Shown: positions 60,842 to 64,000 of the stretch, one piece after another
Position numbering within the stretch: the first letter of the stretch is position 1
How the letters are laid out: the number at the start of each line of letters is the position of its first letter
Origin: Candidatus Limimorpha sp.
GTDB lineage: Bacteria > Bacteroidota > Bacteroidia > Bacteroidales > F082
Assembly (NCBI GenBank): GCA_045127605.1
Contig: JBGVQR010000076.1
Coordinates: forward strand, 453-64,452
DNA length: 64,000 nt
Direction of reading: 5' to 3'
Translations under genes and position numbers: made by a program
The notes under the pieces: generated by a model
What the model saw: the letters and a program-made list of their open reading frames with translations, nothing else
Told to the model about the DNA's origin: nothing
Database searches by the model: none

Positions 60842-62017
60842 TTACATTAGTTTTTGATAAAACTGCCACCATTTATCTGGAAGTTCATTCTCCATGGCCA
60901 AATCATAGTCTTCTCTTGAACAAGGAATATAATGATGGCGTTCGTATTTTTCTCTGTCTTTGCTCTTGAATGACAAATCTATCCACCATTTTCCGCTGAC
61001 TTTATGACAAAGGAAAATTATGTCTTCATCAAATCCTTCTAAATTGACGATATAACGTTTGAAATCTTTGTTATTATTGCTAGGAAAATCGTTTATGCGT
61101 AAGCTGAATCCTTCAATAAAATACCAAATCATCTGTGATAAAGTATTGGCAGTCACGTTGTTGATATCGTATGTTGGATTATATTCAAAGAAACCTATTG
61201 AAGTCAGTTTTGGATTCATTCCGGCATAACGTGTCATCTTACAGCCGTCTTCAGAAGAGAATCCGTTTGGTGAATTAAATTTAACTCCGGGAGCATCGGC
61301 AGCGCGAAATGCAGATGTATCAATAGTTATAATGTCGGCATTACGTAGCAAAGGCTCTGTGACTTCAATATTAGCTTTTATATTTCCAATTCTATGAACA
61401 TCGAAAAGGAGTTGTTTCATCAAATCTACATGATGATTATCAACATAATAACTTTGATATCCTATATTAGTATAGTTGAAAAGAAAACTTGGCTGATGTA
61501 ATATAATGTGACTTAAATAAGAATTGGAATTTAATTTTTCCTCATCTTGACCAATATCGAAACGAGAATCTATAGAAGTGATATTAACTAATTTCCCTGT
61601 ATTTTCATAAACTTGGTAAATAGGATAAGTTAAATCCTGACTGCCACCTATTATAATAGGTACAATTCTATATCTCATCAAAATGCTAAAAACTCTGCTA
61701 AGAGCAAAATACGTATCATCGATGTCGAAACCAGTTTTAATATTTCCTAAGTCTATGATTTTTAAATCACTCCAATGATTATAAAGTTGATATAATGATT
61801 TTCTTATGGCATTTGGAGCATCTTTACAACCTTTGTTATCAAAAGAATTACGTTCTTCTTCAACACCAACAATAGCAAGTTGAAACTCGTCAAGTTCAGG
61901 AAACTCCTCACCTTCTTTATATATAGTTATACTGTTTCCAATTTGATTTGGACTGTATAAATTACAATTTTCAATAAATTCTTGCTTTATCGTATTAAGA
62001 AAAACATTGATTTCCAT
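60842..62017 (-). CDS. Arginase/formiminoglutamase-fold family protein with apparently degenerate metal-ligand motifs
   Basis: About 391 aa from the ATG at 62017. Arginase-fold landmarks are recognisable (IIIGGSQD, SIDSRFD, TIDTSAFRAADAPGV) but differ from the canonical GGDHS, DAHxD and SxDxDxxDP motifs. Confidence 0.55.
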   Translation of the reverse strand: MEINVFLNTIKQEFIENCNLYSPNQIGNSITIYKEGEEFPELDEFQLAIVGVEEERNSFDNKGCKDAPNAIRKSLYQLYNHWSDLKIIDLGNIKTGFDIDDTYFALSRVFSILMRYRIVPIIIGGSQDLTYPIYQVYENTGKLVNITSIDSRFDIGQDEEKLNSNSYLSHIILHQPSFLFNYTNIGYQSYYVDNHHVDLMKQLLFDVHRIGNIKANIEVTEPLLRNADIITIDTSAFRAADAPGVKFNSPNGFSSEDGCKMTRYAGMNPKLTSIGFFEYNPTYDINNVTANTLSQMIWYFIEGFSLRINDFPSNNNKDFKRYIVNLEGFDEDIIFLCHKVSGKWWIDLSFKSKDREKYERHHYIPCSREDYDLAMENELPDKWWQFYQKLM

Positions 62018-62069
62018 TATATTATCCTTTATCTTATTTTTTTTCAAAATTAAAAAAATTATTATAAAA

Positions 62070-62136
62070 ATTCAGAATTTCAGAAGTTCAAAATCTCAAA
62101 AAAAATTTGAATTTTTGATGTTTTGAATTTCTGATC
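62070..62136. repeat. Family I word hairpin (ttcagaa / ttctgaa, tttgaat words) in a divergent promoter region
   Basis: attcagaatttcagaagttcaaaatctcaaa ... tttgaatttttgatgttttgaatttctgatc. The arms are imperfectly complementary. Confidence 0.75.
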
Positions 62137-62180
62137 TTTAATTATAAATTCTTTCTTACCTTTGTTCTCTAAATAATTAA

Positions 62181-62218
62181 TATGGACAATGTCTGTTGAC
62201 TGTAGTCTATTGTCCATA
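62181..62218 (+). repeat. Hairpin immediately upstream of rlmH, whose loop is repeated in inverted form downstream of the gene
   Basis: 10-bp stem tatggacaat / attgtccata with an 18-nt loop. Positions 62195-62214 match the reverse complement of 62707-62726 at 17 of 20. Confidence 0.85.
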
Positions 62219-62231
62219 GTCTTAAAAAAGT

Positions 62232-62705
62232 ATGAAGATATTATTTTTAGTCATAGGTAAGACCGATGAAAGTTATTTAGAGACAGGTATCGGTAAATAT
62301 ATCAAAAGGTTAGAGCATTATATTCCTTTTGAAATGAAGGTTATTCCAGATATTAAAAATAGGAAGACTTTAACAGAAGAGCAGCAGAAAAAAGCTGAAG
62401 GTGATTTGATATTGTCACAATTAAATCCAGGTGACGATTTGATTTTATTGGATGAAAAAGGAAAGACTTTTACATCTGTGTTTTTTTCACAATGGATTGA
62501 GAAACAGATGAATGCTGGAAGCAAGAGAATAGTCTTCGTCGTTGGCGGACCATACGGTTTTTCAAAAGAAGTTTACGACAAATGTAAATTTAAGATAAGT
62601 CTTTCAGAAATGACTTTTTCACATCAGATGATACGATTGATTTTTGTAGAACAGCTTTATCGAGCTTTCACTATTATAAAAGGAGAGCCTTATCATCATG
62701 TATAA
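62232..62705 (+). CDS. rlmH: 23S rRNA (pseudouridine1915-N3)-methyltransferase RlmH
   Basis: 157 aa SPOUT-fold protein. MKI.L..IGKT......GI..Y.KRL, LDEKGK, FVVGGPYGFS. Confidence 0.9.
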   Translation: MKILFLVIGKTDESYLETGIGKYIKRLEHYIPFEMKVIPDIKNRKTLTEEQQKKAEGDLILSQLNPGDDLILLDEKGKTFTSVFFSQWIEKQMNAGSKRIVFVVGGPYGFSKEVYDKCKFKISLSEMTFSHQMIRLIFVEQLYRAFTIIKGEPYHHV

Positions 62706-62706
62706 A

Positions 62707-62726
62707 GACAACGGACTATAGTCAAC
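62707..62726. repeat. Inverted copy of the rlmH upstream word block
   Basis: gacaacggactatagtcaac starts 2 nt after the rlmH stop codon. Confidence 0.85.
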
Positions 62727-62860
62727 TGACAACAGTTTGTGTTAATATTATTTAACAAGAAAAAAATAAAAAAACAGGAAAAAGTTATTGACAAAAGTGG
62801 TTCAATTTTGTATATTTGTAGACTATTTGAACATTTATTCACACTTAAAAATATAAGACT

Positions 62861-63091
62861 ATGGAAAACTTAATTGAATTACTAAAGCAACAACAAGAAG
62901 GTTATGATGACATCAAAGCTGAAAAGAAACTAAGTCTTTTTTATCACAAAGCTCATGGTGCAGGAATAGAATCATTTTTAGACGAATTCTTTGAATGGTT
63001 GCTATTAACAAAACAAATGGATTATAAAGATATCATGAAGATGTCTGACCATGATTTACATGATATGTATGAATTAGAATACAAGAAATAA
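62861..63091 (+). CDS. Hypothetical small acidic protein
   Basis: 76-aa ORF preceded by a TAtaTTTG box (tgtatatttgtag, about 62811-62823) and followed by a strong terminator. No recognised motif. Confidence 0.45.
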   Translation: MENLIELLKQQQEGYDDIKAEKKLSLFYHKAHGAGIESFLDEFFEWLLLTKQMDYKDIMKMSDHDLHDMYELEYKK

Positions 63092-63106
63092 TTAAATTTA
63101 CATTAA

Positions 63107-63146
63107 TAAAAAAATACCGATTTCAAATTTGAAATCGGTATTTTTT
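63107..63146. terminator. Bidirectional intrinsic terminator
   Basis: An A-run, then ataccgatttcaaa / tttgaaatcggtat (perfect 14-bp arms), then a T-run, between convergent genes. Confidence 0.85.
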
Positions 63147-63167
63147 ATTTGGGTAGTTTTTAAATTC

Positions 63168-63614
63168 TTATAACTTCAATGAAACACCAATTGTTCCACC
63201 TGCAGCATGGTTACCCATACCAAATTCAACGCCAACACCGATATTACCAAAGAAATAACGGCATCCTAAATGTCCATTAAGTGCGAAGTTTCTACCTACT
63301 AAACCTAAATTTAAGCCTAAATAAGTATCCAAATGTTGAACAAATTCATAGTGGAAGTTTCCTCTTGCTGCGAGTGATAAATGTGTGTATTCATCGCTGA
63401 GATAAAGACCAAGTTCACCTCCAACAGAAACAGCTGCTTTACCATTAATAAAACCGCTTGCTACACCATAATCTAATGCTATGCCTAATGGCAAACCGTA
63501 ATCACTAAAACCAACTTTAGCACTACCAAGTAATTGACCTTTGCTCATTTCTTGTGCTTGAACTCCTAAACCTAAGAAGCAAATAGCTACTAATGATAAT
63601 AAAAATTTTCTCAT
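63168..63614 (-). CDS. Small secreted Gly-rich protein, probable outer-membrane beta-barrel
   Basis: 148 aa with the signal peptide MRKFLLSLVAICFLGLGVQAQ. Alternating Gly/hydrophobic beta-strand pattern, ending in L-K-L. Confidence 0.55.
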   Translation of the reverse strand: MRKFLLSLVAICFLGLGVQAQEMSKGQLLGSAKVGFSDYGLPLGIALDYGVASGFINGKAAVSVGGELGLYLSDEYTHLSLAARGNFHYEFVQHLDTYLGLNLGLVGRNFALNGHLGCRYFFGNIGVGVEFGMGNHAAGGTIGVSLKL

Positions 63615-63725
63615 GACTTTAATTTTTTTGGTTAATACTACGGCGCAAAAGTAATATTTTTTTTTTAGGTATATAAATATCAGAAAAATTTTTTTTCTTA
63701 CATTTGCGAAATAAAATATAAAAAT

Positions 63726-64000
63726 ATGTCAAAGATTTTTGGAACATTAATGAAGACCATATATTCAGTAGGTAATATTCCTATTGATATGAAAAAGAAG
63801 AGATTAAATCCTGTTAAAGCTCAAACAAAAGAATTAAAGAAATTGCTTAAGAAAGCATCAAATACAGCTTTTGGTCAGCATTATAAGTTTGATGAAATAT
63901 TAAAATCTGAAGATATTCTTAAAACTTATAAAGAAAATGTTCCTATCTTCGATTATAATTCAATGTATAAGAACTGGTGGTTCCGTGCTTTGAATGGAGA
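63726..64000 (+). CDS. GH3 (auxin-responsive promoter) family protein, N-terminal fragment (3' end outside the window)
   Basis: The ATG at 63726 is preceded by a TAcaTTTG box. N-terminus ...QTKELKKLLKKASNTAFGQHYKFDEIL...VPIFDYNSMY is typical of bacterial GH3-family proteins. Confidence 0.7.
   Translation, partial: MSKIFGTLMKTIYSVGNIPIDMKKKRLNPVKAQTKELKKLLKKASNTAFGQHYKFDEILKSEDILKTYKENVPIFDYNSMYKNWWFRALNG

Overview
64-kb chromosomal window from a low-GC member of the Bacteroidota, probably Bacteroidales-like. Supporting evidence: TAnnTTTG -7 promoter boxes, GldF/GldG, a SusC/SusD pair, four proteins with type IX secretion (T9SS) C-terminal sorting domains, and acpP-fabF-rnc synteny. I call 53 protein-coding genes (2 partial at the window edges) and one tRNA-Lys(CUU). 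I see no rRNA, CRISPR array, transposase or integrase. Most genes are housekeeping: dnaK, panB, mgsA, pheS, rnc, fabF, acpP, polA, topA, radA, gmhA, metG, rpiB, ruvC, rlmH. Accessory or unusual content: (1) a type I R-M locus with a Fic gene between hsdS and hsdR. (2) A SusC/SusD locus followed by an 850-aa T9SS-sorted protein with a PNGase F-like catalytic region, plus a diverged 862-aa paralog in a second operon with a T9SS M28 peptidase. (3) A 1-kb AT-rich single-gene cassette (ORF6N / HxR-D protein) flanked by perfect 40-bp direct repeats at the 3' end of yraN. (4) The most unusual signal is non-genic. Many intergenic regions are built from short-period (7-8 nt) word arrays that start at or next to stop codons, are often rich in TGA/TAA at that period, fall into recurring sequence families, and commonly pair as long inverted arms. 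Some of these arms enclose a canonical terminator, and two enclose a whole gene (a four-helix-bundle / 23S-IVS-type ORF, and rlmH). (5) A separate REP-like palindromic element family occurs four times. (6) A 494-bp AT-rich gap carries a repeated GTTATCAACA 10-mer. All functional calls come from reading the translations and from remembered family motifs. No searches were run.
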